A stretch of DNA of 64,000 nt from an uncultured delta proteobacterium (GTDB taxonomy: Bacteria; Myxococcota_A; Polyangia; Polyangiales; Polyangiaceae): NCBI GenBank assembly GCA_963716725.1, contig CAVQUB010000013.1, positions 224,001-288,000 of the forward strand, written 5' to 3'. Positions 9,231 to 18,702 of the stretch are shown piece by piece. The notes under the pieces were generated by a model. It worked only from the letters and a program-made list of their open reading frames with translations, was not told the origin of the DNA and searched no databases. The stretch's first letter is position 1, and every line of letters starts with the position of its first letter. The translations under genes were made by a program, and so were the position numbers.

Positions 9231-9953
9231 TCAGCCAGCGCCGCGGCGCCCGAGCCCCAGCTGCCCTCGCACCAAGTGGATGGCTTCGCTGTGGAGCTGG
9301 CAGACGCGGGACTCGGTGACGCCGAGCACCTCTCCGATTTCGCGCAGCGTGCAGCTCTCCTGATAGTACAGCCCAAGCACCATCCGGAGGCGCTCGGGAA
9401 GCCCCTCGATGGCCTGCGCTACGAACTCTGCGAGTTCCTGGTGAGCCGCCTGAGCCTCCGGGGACGGGTCGAGCGAGCGCTCGTCTCCGGACAGCTCCAG
9501 TCGCGCGTGACCCGAGCGAGAAATGTCCGCCAGAAGCCCGTGATAGGCCTCGACCTCGAGCCCGAGCTCGGCGGCCATCTCCTCCTCATTGGGATATCGG
9601 CCGAGCCGTCCCACGAGCTCGCGGGCGGCGTCGCTGATGCGACGCGACGCTTGGCGCAGCTTGCGTGACAGGGGATCCAGGTCACGCAGGAAGTCCAGTA
9701 TCGCCCCTCGCACTCGATGGGAAGCGTAGGCTTCGAACTCGTGTTCCGGCATCCCGTCACGACGACGCCGGAGTGCCTCCACCAAGCCGAGCCAGCCCGC
9801 GGAGACGATGTCGTCGATGGCGACGTGCGCGGGCAGGTTTCGCACGGTGCGCATCGCGATCCGCCTGACCAGAGGCGAGTAGCGACGAACGGTTTCGTCC
9901 CCATGCGCATCCGGCGTGGATCTGGTTTCGGGCTCGGCGACGCTCACGATCAT
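9231..9953 (-). CDS. fliA: RNA polymerase sigma factor FliA (sigma28)
   Basis: DDIVSAGWLGLVEA, FEAYASHRVRGAILDFLRDLD, LYYQESCTLREIGEVLGVTESRVCQLH; ATG overlaps the flhF stop. Confidence 0.95.
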   Translation of the reverse strand: MIVSVAEPETRSTPDAHGDETVRRYSPLVRRIAMRTVRNLPAHVAIDDIVSAGWLGLVEALRRRRDGMPEHEFEAYASHRVRGAILDFLRDLDPLSRKLRQASRRISDAARELVGRLGRYPNEEEMAAELGLEVEAYHGLLADISRSGHARLELSGDERSLDPSPEAQAAHQELAEFVAQAIEGLPERLRMVLGLYYQESCTLREIGEVLGVTESRVCQLHSEAIHLVRGQLGLGRRGAG

Positions 9954-11134
9954 CCCAAGTTGCTGCCGTTCACGAGCGCTTCGATGCTCGCGGGGTGGAG
10001 GTCTTCCGGCACGCGAGGGCCGTCGCAGAAGTAGGTGAGCGGCAAGGCGTTGGGGATGGCCGCGTGCAGCACGCCACCCGCCTGGCAGGTCTCGTCGAGC
10101 TTGGTGATCACGAGACCGCTCGGCCGAGCGTCGCGGTAGAGCGTGCACATGCGCTCGGAGTCTCGGCCCCGCAGCCACGCGGGCACCACCAGGAGCGTGT
10201 GCAGGTTGCGCCCCTCCAGGGCGTCCAGGCAGCTCGCGACCGGCCAGTCTTCTGGCGGCGAACTCGCCGTCTTGCCGGTAGTGTCGATCAAGACGATGTC
10301 GGTGCTGCGCTCGGAGATCCGTTGCAGCAGCTCTTCTGCGCCGGTGACAGCGTGAAACTGCACTCCCATCAGCGACGCATAGCGTTGCCACTGCTCCACG
10401 GCGCCCACGCGGTACGAATCGAGGGAGAACACGCTGACAGAACGACCGAAATCCAGGCGTGCGCGCGCCGCGAGCTTCGCCAGCGTGGTGGTCTTGCCTA
10501 CACCGGTGTTGCCCACGGCCACGATGACTTGCTGCCCGGGACTCTGCAGCGGGTCCGGCCCGAGCGTGACGCTCTCCGCGATACGCTGCACCAACCACGC
10601 GTTCAGAGCCTCGGTACCGCGCCGCGCGACGCGACCGGCGCCGGTCGCCAGTCGACGCGCCAGAGCGCCTTCGATCCCGAAGGCCACCAGCAGCGAGAGA
10701 ACGCGTTCACGCGGAGGACGGCTCTCGTGCAGGTCGTCGAGCATGGCACGGAGCGCAACCAGCTCGCGCTCGAGCTCGGCCGGGTCCAATCCCAGGGTGC
10801 GGGTGCGGCTGCCCTTCCCGGGGGGCGCGGCTCCGTACCCCTCCGGGTACTTTCCAGGATCGTCCCGACGCCCGCTGGGATCCGCCGACGGCGTGCGCGG
10901 GCCCGAGTGGCGAGGGGGCGACACCACGGTCGGCCTCTGGTTGGCGTCGAAGCTCCAGCTATGCCTGCCCGCAGGCGCGGTCGCCATGACTTCGACCCAG
11001 GAGTGGCCGAGCGCCCCGCTGCGCCCATTGGTGACGTGTCGGGTCGATTGGATGAGTGCGTCGGGTCCGAGCGAGGCTCGCACTCGAGACAGCGCTTCTC
11101 TTACGTCGGCGCCACGAAAGCTCTGGTACTGCAC
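9950..11134 (-). CDS. flhF: Flagellar SRP-like GTPase FlhF
   Basis: EALSRVRASLGPDALI, GNTGVGKTTTLAKLAA, DSYRVGAVEQ, DTTG, TKLDET, GPRVPEDL. Confidence 0.93.
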   Translation of the reverse strand: MQYQSFRGADVREALSRVRASLGPDALIQSTRHVTNGRSGALGHSWVEVMATAPAGRHSWSFDANQRPTVVSPPRHSGPRTPSADPSGRRDDPGKYPEGYGAAPPGKGSRTRTLGLDPAELERELVALRAMLDDLHESRPPRERVLSLLVAFGIEGALARRLATGAGRVARRGTEALNAWLVQRIAESVTLGPDPLQSPGQQVIVAVGNTGVGKTTTLAKLAARARLDFGRSVSVFSLDSYRVGAVEQWQRYASLMGVQFHAVTGAEELLQRISERSTDIVLIDTTGKTASSPPEDWPVASCLDALEGRNLHTLLVVPAWLRGRDSERMCTLYRDARPSGLVITKLDETCQAGGVLHAAIPNALPLTYFCDGPRVPEDLHPASIEALVNGSNLG

Positions 11135-11158
11135 CTCAGGCCTCCATCATGCTGCGGT

Positions 11159-13243
11159 TCATAGGTTGACGATCTCGAAAGGTTTCAGCGTCGCGTCCGC
11201 CTCGACCTCGCGGAACGAGAGGACCGACAGGGTGGGGCAACGGCGCTCTGCGAATGCCCTCAGGTAGCGCCTGACGTCAGGGCTCGTGACCACGCAGGCG
11301 GGCTTGCCGGCGGCGAGCATGCGCTGGGTCGCTTCCTCGAGCGCGATCCCGAGCTGCCGCGCCTGTTCTGGGTCGAGCGCGCCGCCGGTCCCCGCGGCGA
11401 TCTCTCGGAGCGAGCGCCGGAAGATGTCTTCGACCTTGCTGTCGAGCACCAGCGTATGAAGCGTCCGCTCGGCGTCGATGAAAGCCGCGGTGATCTGGCG
11501 CGAGAGGCGCTGCCGGGTCAGCTCGGTGAGCTGCTCGGTGTCTCGAGTCCCCGGCGCCAGGTCGTGCAGAGCCTCGAGCACGCTGCGGAGGTCCCGAATC
11601 GAGATCCCCTCCTTCAGCAGATTTCGCATGATCTTCTGCACCTCCCCGAACGTGAGCAAATTCGGGACCAGGTCTTCGACCAGCTTCGGCGTGGTCTTCG
11701 AGAAGACTTCGAACAGGTGCGTGAGCTCGGCACGGCCGAGAATGTCGTGGGCGTGTCGGCGGGCTGTCTCTGCGAAGTGGGTTGCGATGACGGTGGTTGG
11801 GTCGACGACGGTCCAGCCCAACGCCTCGGCAAGCTCGCGGTCTCGCGCGGCGACCCAGCGGGCGGGTGTTCCGAACGCCGGGTCGGTGGTGGGCTCACCT
11901 TCCACCTCGCCTGCCGTTCCGCTCGGATCGATCGCGAGCAACCGGCCGGTCCGAATCGTGCCGGTGGCTACGCCGGTCCCGAGCAGCATGATGCGGTATC
12001 CACCCGGAGGCAACTCGAGGTTGTCGCGAATGTGAACGGGGGGAATGACAATCCCGAGTTCGAGGGCTTGCTGCTTGCGCAGCGCCGAGATCCGTTCGAC
12101 CAAGGTGCCGCCCATCTTGGGATCCACGGTGGGCACCAGCTCGTAGCCCACCTCGAGGGCGAGGACGTCCAAGGGCAGGGCCGCGTCGATGTCGTCGCCC
12201 GGAGACGGCCTGGGCCCCGAAGCACCGCCCTCGCCAGTGTGACCCGGTTCGACCTTGGGGGCGGCCTTCGCCTTGTCTCGGCGCCGCATGCTCCAGTAGA
12301 GCCCGCCGGCAAGGAGCAGAAAGGGGAGCGCGGGCATGCCCGGCAAAAGGGCAAATACCGCCAGGATCCCAGCGGTCGCGCCGACGGCACGCCGGCTACC
12401 AAAGAGCTGCGCCTGAACGATACGCCCCAGTTGATCGCCGGTCGGCGAGCGCGTCACGACGACGCCCGCCGCGGTGGAGATGAGCAACGCTGGAACTTGA
12501 GAGACGAGGGCGTCGCCCACGCTGAGGATGCTGAAGGTCTCGGCGGCGTCTCCGACGGACATCCCGCCCGCCACGCCCAGCATCAGCCCGCCGATGAGGT
12601 TGACCGCGGTGATGAGGATGGCCGCGATGGCGTCGCCCTTCACGAACTTGCTTGCACCGTCCATCGCGCCGAAGAAGTCGGCTTCGCGCTCGATGTCTCT
12701 GCGCCGATCGCGAGCGACTTCCGGAGAGATGATGCCCGCGTTCATGTCGGCATCGACCGCCATCTGCTTGCCCGGCATGCCGTCGAGCGCGAATCGGGCG
12801 GCCACCTCGGCAACTCGCCCGGCGCCCTTCGTGATCACGATGAAATTGATGATCACCAGGATCACGAAGACGATCAGGCCCACGACGACGTTCCCGCCCA
12901 CGACCACGCGCCCGAAGGCCTCGACGACCTGGCCGGCGGCGCCATGGCCGTCCTTGCCGTTGAGCAGGATCAGCCGCGTCGTCGCGACGTTCAGGCTGAG
13001 GCGCAGCAAGGTGGCCACCAGCACGACCGCGGGAAAGGAGCTGAACTGGAGCGGGTGCTCCATGAACAGCCCGATCAGGAAGACGCCGATGGAAATGGCC
13101 AGGCTGATCGCCAGAAGCAAGTCCACCACCATGGGCGGCACCGGGACCACGAGCATCATGACGATGCCGACGATGGCGAGGGGCAGGACCAACTCGCTGG
13201 CCCCTCCCTGGCGGGGCTCTGTGGTCGTGGCAGCGGCGCTCAC
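11159..13243 (-). CDS. flhA: Flagellar export gate protein FlhA
   Basis: RVAEVAARFALDGMPGKQMAVDAD, FFGAMDGASKFVKGDAIA. Start moved from ATG 13267 (inside the sigma54 motif) to GTG 13243. Confidence 0.95.
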   Translation of the reverse strand: MSAAATTTEPRQGGASELVLPLAIVGIVMMLVVPVPPMVVDLLLAISLAISIGVFLIGLFMEHPLQFSSFPAVVLVATLLRLSLNVATTRLILLNGKDGHGAAGQVVEAFGRVVVGGNVVVGLIVFVILVIINFIVITKGAGRVAEVAARFALDGMPGKQMAVDADMNAGIISPEVARDRRRDIEREADFFGAMDGASKFVKGDAIAAILITAVNLIGGLMLGVAGGMSVGDAAETFSILSVGDALVSQVPALLISTAAGVVVTRSPTGDQLGRIVQAQLFGSRRAVGATAGILAVFALLPGMPALPFLLLAGGLYWSMRRRDKAKAAPKVEPGHTGEGGASGPRPSPGDDIDAALPLDVLALEVGYELVPTVDPKMGGTLVERISALRKQQALELGIVIPPVHIRDNLELPPGGYRIMLLGTGVATGTIRTGRLLAIDPSGTAGEVEGEPTTDPAFGTPARWVAARDRELAEALGWTVVDPTTVIATHFAETARRHAHDILGRAELTHLFEVFSKTTPKLVEDLVPNLLTFGEVQKIMRNLLKEGISIRDLRSVLEALHDLAPGTRDTEQLTELTRQRLSRQITAAFIDAERTLHTLVLDSKVEDIFRRSLREIAAGTGGALDPEQARQLGIALEEATQRMLAAGKPACVVTSPDVRRYLRAFAERRCPTLSVLSFREVEADATLKPFEIVNL

Positions 13244-13255
13244 GCCAACTTGCTT

Positions 13256-13271
13256 TGCGAGGGCCATGCCA
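13256..13271 (-). promoter_or_regulatory. Putative sigma54 promoter (flhA-flhF-fliA)
   Basis: TGGCATGGCCCTCGCA; GTG at predicted +3. Confidence 0.65.
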
Positions 13272-13348
13272 AGTACCGGGCCTTCTGTTCAGCAAGGGCG
13301 AGCACGACCCGGCAGTCCGGCAGCCGCACGCTGCCCTGCCGAGGGTCG

Positions 13349-14410
13349 TCAGGCACGAATACCCCGGTTGCGCAGCCGGTAGACGAAGGCGAGCACCTCG
13401 GCGATGGCCGCGTACAGCTCCACGGGGACGGCTCGCCCAGCTTTGACGCGCTCGGCCAAGGTGCGCGCGAGTGGCTTGTTCTCCACGATGGGGATTCCGT
13501 GTTCTTTCGCGAGCGAACGGATGAACATCGCGACCTCGTCGTAGCCCTTGGCAGCGACCACCGGTGCCCCTTCTTCGGGTCGGTACCGGATCGCAACCGC
13601 GACGTGTGTCGGATTCGTGACGATCACGTCAGCGGATTTGACTTCCTTTCGAATACCGCGCCTGAGCATCTCTCGGGCTCGAGCCCGCTGGCGGGCCCTG
13701 ACTCGCGGGTCTCCCTCCTGGCCCTTGACCTCCTCCTTGATTTCCTCCCGAGACATGCGGAGGTCTCGCTCGTGTTTCCACCACGAATGGGCGTAGTCCA
13801 GCGCCGTCATCGTGGCCAAGGCCACCGTCGCCCACAGCGCCAATCGGGACACGACGTCTCCGAGCGCGCTCACGGAGCCGACGAGCGGAGTGCGGGTGAG
13901 CTTGACCAGCATCGGCAGCGCGCTCTCGATGACGAAGTACGCCACCACCACCACGACGGCGACCCTGCCGAGCGCGAGCGCGGTGTTCACTGCCGCGGTT
14001 TTCGGCGAAATCAGCTGTTGGAGCTTGGACAGTGGCTCGAGGCGGTCCCACTTGAACTCGAGTTTGGGGTTCCAGCCTGCTTCCACGAAGCCCGCGACCG
14101 TCGCGGCCACCAGCGCGACGAGCATGGCGGGCAGGGTGACCCACATGAGGGTGCGTGCGGCAAACGCGCCGGCCCAAGCGGTTCCACCCTGGTGCAGATT
14201 GTGCGCCTGGCTGAGGCAATGCGTCGTGAGATCGCGGAGCCTCATCGCGATCTCGACCCCGGTGCTCGCCAGGAGAGCCAGAACGGCGGTCGATGCGGCC
14301 ATCGCGCCCAGGTCGCGGGCGCGGGGAAACTGCCCGTCCTCGCGCGCTCGTCGTCGTCGCTCTGGTGTCGCTTCCTCCGACTTCTCGTTGTCATCGTCGC
14401 GCTCGCTCAT
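13349..14410 (-). CDS. flhB: Flagellar export protein FlhB
   Basis: EKSEEATPERRRRAREDGQ, EGDPRVRARQR, NPTH autocleavage motif. Confidence 0.95.
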   Translation of the reverse strand: MSERDDDNEKSEEATPERRRRAREDGQFPRARDLGAMAASTAVLALLASTGVEIAMRLRDLTTHCLSQAHNLHQGGTAWAGAFAARTLMWVTLPAMLVALVAATVAGFVEAGWNPKLEFKWDRLEPLSKLQQLISPKTAAVNTALALGRVAVVVVVAYFVIESALPMLVKLTRTPLVGSVSALGDVVSRLALWATVALATMTALDYAHSWWKHERDLRMSREEIKEEVKGQEGDPRVRARQRARAREMLRRGIRKEVKSADVIVTNPTHVAVAIRYRPEEGAPVVAAKGYDEVAMFIRSLAKEHGIPIVENKPLARTLAERVKAGRAVPVELYAAIAEVLAFVYRLRNRGIRA

Positions 14411-15186
14411 GGCGGCCTCGGCGACAACGCCCCGACGACGGACTCGAGCCCCTCTCCCACGTGACTGAGCTCGGCAATCATGCGCATCGTGAGATCGGGC
14501 GAGACGATGATCAGGACCACCCAACCCACTCCGAGCGTCACCGCAAATCCGAGTGAGAAGATCTGGAGCGCGGGTGCGGCTCGCGAGATGAAAGCCAGGG
14601 CGATCTGCACCATGAACAGGATCGAAACGACGGGGATCGCGATGCGCACACCAGCGGACAGCGCCTCCGCGCTGAGACGCACCATGACCGGCGTGGCCAC
14701 GGCAATGCTCTCGCTGGCGCCCACGGGCAATACCCGGAAGCTCTCGATCAACGCCCCCAGCACCACCCGGTGCACGCCCACCAGCAGCGCCAAGAAGATG
14801 GCAAAATGCCTAAACAAAGAGGTGAGCACGGTTCCGCTGCCGGCGTGAGGGTCGAAGAGGTGGGCCGCGCCGAGTCCCATCATCGGAGCGATGGCTTCAG
14901 CCGCAATCTCTGCGATCGACACCGCCACCCGCACCACGAAGCCCATGGCCAAACCCACGCCGAGCTCCCACGCGATGCCGAGCGCGACAGGCAGCGGCTC
15001 GGCCCTCACGCTGCCCGCTCCGACACCATGCGCGACCACGGTCAATGCCAGCACCAGGCCCACCCGCACGCGGGCTGGCGCGGACTGCCACGACAGCGGC
15101 GCCACCACGATGAGTCCCGCAATGCGCGAGAGCTCCAGCAAATACGAGATGACTTCGGCTCTGAACAGCGCTTCGAGCGCGTTCAC
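14407..15186 (-). CDS. fliR: Flagellar export protein FliR
   Basis: Hydrophobic protein with SRAAPALQIFSLGF, located between fliQ and flhB; GTG overlaps the fliQ stop. Confidence 0.9.
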   Translation of the reverse strand: MNALEALFRAEVISYLLELSRIAGLIVVAPLSWQSAPARVRVGLVLALTVVAHGVGAGSVRAEPLPVALGIAWELGVGLAMGFVVRVAVSIAEIAAEAIAPMMGLGAAHLFDPHAGSGTVLTSLFRHFAIFLALLVGVHRVVLGALIESFRVLPVGASESIAVATPVMVRLSAEALSAGVRIAIPVVSILFMVQIALAFISRAAPALQIFSLGFAVTLGVGWVVLIIVSPDLTMRMIAELSHVGEGLESVVGALSPRPP

Positions 15187-15452
15187 CGCGTGACTTCCGT
15201 GATGGACGAAATCGTGCGCGTCGAATAGTCCACGAGCTGCCGCAGCGTCCAAGTCCCGAGCACCAAGAAGGTCGCCACGATGGCGATCAGCTTGGTCACG
15301 AAGCTGATGCTGGCTTCGTTCACTTGCGTCGCGGCCTGAAGCACGCCCACCACGAGGCCAACTACCAGGGTCACGGCCAGCACGGGGCCGACCACCAAGA
15401 ACGCAATAATGAGGGCATTCCTGAGCAGCTCGACGGCTCCGTCGGTGGTCAC
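15183..15452 (-). CDS. fliQ: Flagellar export protein FliQ
   Basis: VGLVVGVLQAATQVNEASISFVTKL. Confidence 0.95.
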   Translation of the reverse strand: MTTDGAVELLRNALIIAFLVVGPVLAVTLVVGLVVGVLQAATQVNEASISFVTKLIAIVATFLVLGTWTLRQLVDYSTRTISSITEVTR

Positions 15453-16114
15453 AAGAAGCTCCTCATCAGCGAGCCCGCGACCAGACTCCAGCCGTCGACC
15501 AGCACGAAGAGCAAGAGCTTGATGGGCAGACTGAGCGTAGTTGGCGGCACCATCATCATGCCCATGCTCATCAGCAAGGACGCAACCGCGAGGTCCACCA
15601 CCAAGAAGGGCAGCAGGATGATCACGCCCATCTGGAAAGCAGTCGTCAGCTCGGAGACCACGAACGCGGGCGCGGCCAGGCGCATGGGCACGTCTTCCGG
15701 CGACGCCGGCAGTGGCGTCTTGGTCACCGAGTAGAACATGCGCAGGTCCGCTTCACGGGTCTCGCGCAACATGAACTTCTTCAGGGGGACCGACGCGAGC
15801 TCCAGCGCTTGCATGTCAGTCACCTCACCGCGCATGTAGGGATCGTAGGCTGCCGCCTTCATGCTCTCGACCACCGGCGACATGGTGAAGAGCGTCAGAA
15901 AGAGCGCGAGCCCGATCACAACCTGGCTGGGAGGCACTTGAGTACCCACGCCTTGACGTACGAACGAGAGGACCACGACGGTCCTGACGAAGCTCGTCAT
16001 GGTCAGAATGACAGCCGGCAACAACGCCAGGACGGTGAGGACGAAGAGAACCTTCAGCGATGGCGTCAGGGCGCCGTTGCCAAAGGCGGGATCGAGGATG
16101 CCCGAGGGGTTCAA
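15449..16114 (-). CDS. fliP: Flagellar export protein FliP
   Basis: MTSFVRTVVVLSFVRQ, PAFVVSEL, MGMMMVPP, KLLLFVLVDGW. Confidence 0.95.
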   Translation of the reverse strand: MNPSGILDPAFGNGALTPSLKVLFVLTVLALLPAVILTMTSFVRTVVVLSFVRQGVGTQVPPSQVVIGLALFLTLFTMSPVVESMKAAAYDPYMRGEVTDMQALELASVPLKKFMLRETREADLRMFYSVTKTPLPASPEDVPMRLAAPAFVVSELTTAFQMGVIILLPFLVVDLAVASLLMSMGMMMVPPTTLSLPIKLLLFVLVDGWSLVAGSLMRSFL

Positions 16115-16761
16115 CGCTCGAGCTCCCGGAGTCGGGCCACGAGCCCGGCGGCCTGCGTCTCGATCCGGGCGGGGCGCGACTGGGCGCTCGGGACGTACAC
16201 ATCCTCCGTCCGCTCGGCGATGATGACCGCCGCATCGGCGGCGGGACGGACGGCGGGCGCCCGGCCCAGAACGTCACGGATCACGTCCGCGAAGCCCGGC
16301 GATGTAGCGCGCGGCGGCGGCGCGGGCAGCGCCTCTACTGGCTTGGGTAGCGCTAGCTTTCGTGCGTCGAGCCAGGCGAGCTTCTGTACATTCTGGTCGG
16401 TCACGCCCAAGAGCACGACCTTGGTCCCGACGCGCGCAACGACCGCCTGAGCCTTGGGGCCGAGTCGTGTGCTTGCCAGCACTTCGAGCATGAGTCCGGC
16501 CTGTTGGGTCGCCGCGACTCGCTCCCGCTTCTTTCTCCAGAACAGCACTCCCCCACCCAGCGCCGCGAAGCCGACGAGCCCAAGCAGGGCCCGCATGCCG
16601 TTCGCTGAGCCGGCGGGGCTCTCGCTGGACAACGAGACCTGCCCGCGCTGAGACAACCACGCGCGGGGCCCGTCGGACGCATCCGGCGGATCGGCGGTCT
16701 GTGCGCGGAGCGGCGAGGCAATGGAGAGCGCGAGCGCTACAAACAGCACCAGAGCCTTCAT
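16111..16761 (-). CDS. fliO: FliO family protein
   Basis: TM helix followed by LEVLASTRLGPKAQAVVARVGTKVVLLGVT; located between fliN and fliP. Confidence 0.8.
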   Translation of the reverse strand: MKALVLFVALALSIASPLRAQTADPPDASDGPRAWLSQRGQVSLSSESPAGSANGMRALLGLVGFAALGGGVLFWRKKRERVAATQQAGLMLEVLASTRLGPKAQAVVARVGTKVVLLGVTDQNVQKLAWLDARKLALPKPVEALPAPPPRATSPGFADVIRDVLGRAPAVRPAADAAVIIAERTEDVYVPSAQSRPARIETQAAGLVARLRELER

Positions 16762-17165
16762 CCGTTGCCCCCCCGTCGCCCCTCGTCGCCCACCAGAACC
16801 TCGGTCAGACGAACGCCGTAGCGCTCGCCCAGGACCACCGCCTCGCCCTGAGCGATGAGTCGGTTGTTGACGTAAACGTCGAGCGGCTCTCCGTTGATCT
16901 TGTCGAGCTCGAGCACCGAGCCGGGTCCGAGCCGCAAGATCTCGCCGATCTTGGTGCTGCGGCGGCCCAGCTCCACGGTGACCTCGACCGGGACGTCCAT
17001 CACGAACCCGATGGAGTCGAGGGTTGTGGGAGCCGGCGAGGGCACCTGCTCCACCGGCGGCGCGGACAAGGGGGTGACGGCAGGCGCCGCAGAATCGGCC
17101 GAGACCGGCGCGAAGCCGGGTGCGTGTGATGTCTTCGCGTCGCTCATGTCGGTCTCCGCATTCAC
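16758..17165 (-). CDS. fliN: Flagellar switch protein FliN
   Basis: DVPVEVTVELGR...LGPGSVLELDK..GEPLDVYVN..LIAQGEAVV...YGVR. Confidence 0.95.
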   Translation of the reverse strand: MNAETDMSDAKTSHAPGFAPVSADSAAPAVTPLSAPPVEQVPSPAPTTLDSIGFVMDVPVEVTVELGRRSTKIGEILRLGPGSVLELDKINGEPLDVYVNNRLIAQGEAVVLGERYGVRLTEVLVGDEGRRGGNG

Positions 17166-18088
17166 TCTTCGTGCCGACCGCGGATCTGAACCGAGAGCTG
17201 TCCGCGAGAGACCACGGGGGTGCCGATGAACTTCTTCAATCCGGCCACGCGTACGACGACGGAATCGTCGACGGCGGTGGGCAGGCGAATCACCTGCCCC
17301 ACCTTGAACGAAAGCACCTGGCGCAGGTCGAGGGTCACGACGCCCAGCTCGGCCACAATGGCCACCGGAACGTCGTGAACCGCCTCGGCCATGCGCGGAT
17401 CGGATGCGGCTGGAGCGTCCTCCTCGGCCTGGTCACGCGCCGCTGCCTCCAGCGCTTCGGCGCTGACGGCGACAGATACGGTCGCGCTGTCGCTCAATCC
17501 GGCGAATGAGCACTCGACCGCCAGGCCATCCACCGCGCTGGCGTCCCCTTCCTCACCGGAGGCCATGGACTGCGCGGCGACGACTTGCAGCCGCAGCCCG
17601 GTCTCTTCCTTGACGACGGCAGCGAAGTCGCGAGCCAGGGAGCGTGCGATGCGCGCCGCGAGCGCTGCCTGCGCCAGGCTCAGCTCGGACGCGAGGGCAG
17701 CAACGGTCCCTCCCTCGCCCCCACCCAGCGCGGACTCGAGCAGCAGCGAGAGCGCCTCCGAGTTCAGCGAGACCATCCCCCACGCCGGACCGTCCTCGGC
17801 CTCGAGCCGAACCACGAATCTTGGCCCGGCCGCGGCGGCGCGGTCGGGGCCGGGACCGGCGAGGGCGACCGAGCCCGGTTCAAGGTTGGCGCGACGGCGC
17901 ACCAAGAAGGGCAAGGTCCGCCGCGCAGCGCGCGCGAATCGACTCGCGATCCTCGCCATGGCCTGCATCGCGCCGCGGAGGTGGCGTTCTCTTCCGGTCA
18001 GATCCAGCGGCCGCAAGCTTCCGCGTCTGCCGGGGCCGGCTTGCGGGATTCGGATCGCGTCGATGGATGCGCGGGCCGCGGCGGTCAT
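17162..18088 (-). CDS. fliM: Flagellar switch protein FliM (divergent N-terminus)
   Basis: LRPLDL...IASRFAR middle-domain start, C-terminal SpoA domain (VPVAIVAELG...LSFKVGQVIRL), located between fliL and fliN. Confidence 0.75.
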   Translation of the reverse strand: MTAAARASIDAIRIPQAGPGRRGSLRPLDLTGRERHLRGAMQAMARIASRFARAARRTLPFLVRRRANLEPGSVALAGPGPDRAAAAGPRFVVRLEAEDGPAWGMVSLNSEALSLLLESALGGGEGGTVAALASELSLAQAALAARIARSLARDFAAVVKEETGLRLQVVAAQSMASGEEGDASAVDGLAVECSFAGLSDSATVSVAVSAEALEAAARDQAEEDAPAASDPRMAEAVHDVPVAIVAELGVVTLDLRQVLSFKVGQVIRLPTAVDDSVVVRVAGLKKFIGTPVVSRGQLSVQIRGRHEE

Positions 18089-18582
18089 TGAGTCACGAAG
18101 TCGGTGATGATCATCCGCCGCACTCGCTGCTTGCCGATGGCAGTCACCACCCGTTCGTTCAGTTCGGCCGCGAGTTCGGTGAACTTGGCCGGATTCGTGA
18201 CGTCATCGAAGCTTCTCGTGCGCAAGTACACGATGGCGGCTTCTCTGCCGCGCGGTGTGTACTTCTCGAAGTCTTCGGCCTTGACCTGATCCTCGAGCTC
18301 GAAGGTGAGCGTCACCTTCAGGTGGTGGATCTCCTCGGTCTGGCCGCGGATGTCGACGACGATGGGCTGAAACGCGACCGTCACGGTCATCGCCGGCTCG
18401 CCGTCGGCCGCACCAGGCGCTTTCGCCGCTTTGCCTGGCGCCAAGTACTTCGGGCCCAAGAACGCGCCGCCCGCCGCCGCGCCCGCCGCGACGACGACGA
18501 CGACGACAACAATGCCGATCTTGCTGCTCTTCTTGGGCGCAGGTGCGGGACTCACGGTCCCTTCTTCGCTGACTTCGCTCAT
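18085..18582 (-). CDS. fliL: Flagellar basal body-associated protein FliL
   Basis: Single TM helix, FQPIVVDI, HHLKVTLTFEL, C-terminal ITDFVTQ. Confidence 0.9.
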   Translation of the reverse strand: MSEVSEEGTVSPAPAPKKSSKIGIVVVVVVVAAGAAAGGAFLGPKYLAPGKAAKAPGAADGEPAMTVTVAFQPIVVDIRGQTEEIHHLKVTLTFELEDQVKAEDFEKYTPRGREAAIVYLRTRSFDDVTNPAKFTELAAELNERVVTAIGKQRVRRMIITDFVTQ

Positions 18583-18670
18583 GCCGACATTCTCGTAGCA
18601 AAGGCCGGCCGCGCTCGTGACGCGACCGGCCTGCCGATTGAGGGTAATGCCAACCCGGTGACTGCGAGCC

Positions 18671-18700
18671 CCGACGCCAGCCCGCGAGGGCCGGCTTCAG
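18671..18700 (-). terminator. GC-rich hairpin after flgE (possible terminator or stabiliser)
   Basis: GCCGGCCC-TCGC-GGGCTGGC directly after the flgE stop; no U-tract. Confidence 0.35.
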
Positions 18701-18702
18701 GA

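Noticed and set aside
9954..10598. Long N-terminal extensions in the ORF track for fliA (similarly flgB, flagellin 1, neuA, neuB, dapA, dapB)
   Set aside because: They overlap neighbouring genes; family homology, SD sequences or promoter motifs point to the downstream starts used here.
11456..14464. 1002-aa plus-strand ORF
   Set aside because: Antisense shadow of flhA/flhB in high-GC DNA; no motifs.
18596..18612. Sigma54-like motif upstream of fliL (CGGCCGGCCTTTGCT)
   Set aside because: GG-to-GC spacing is 9, not 10; it would need an indel, so it was not counted.
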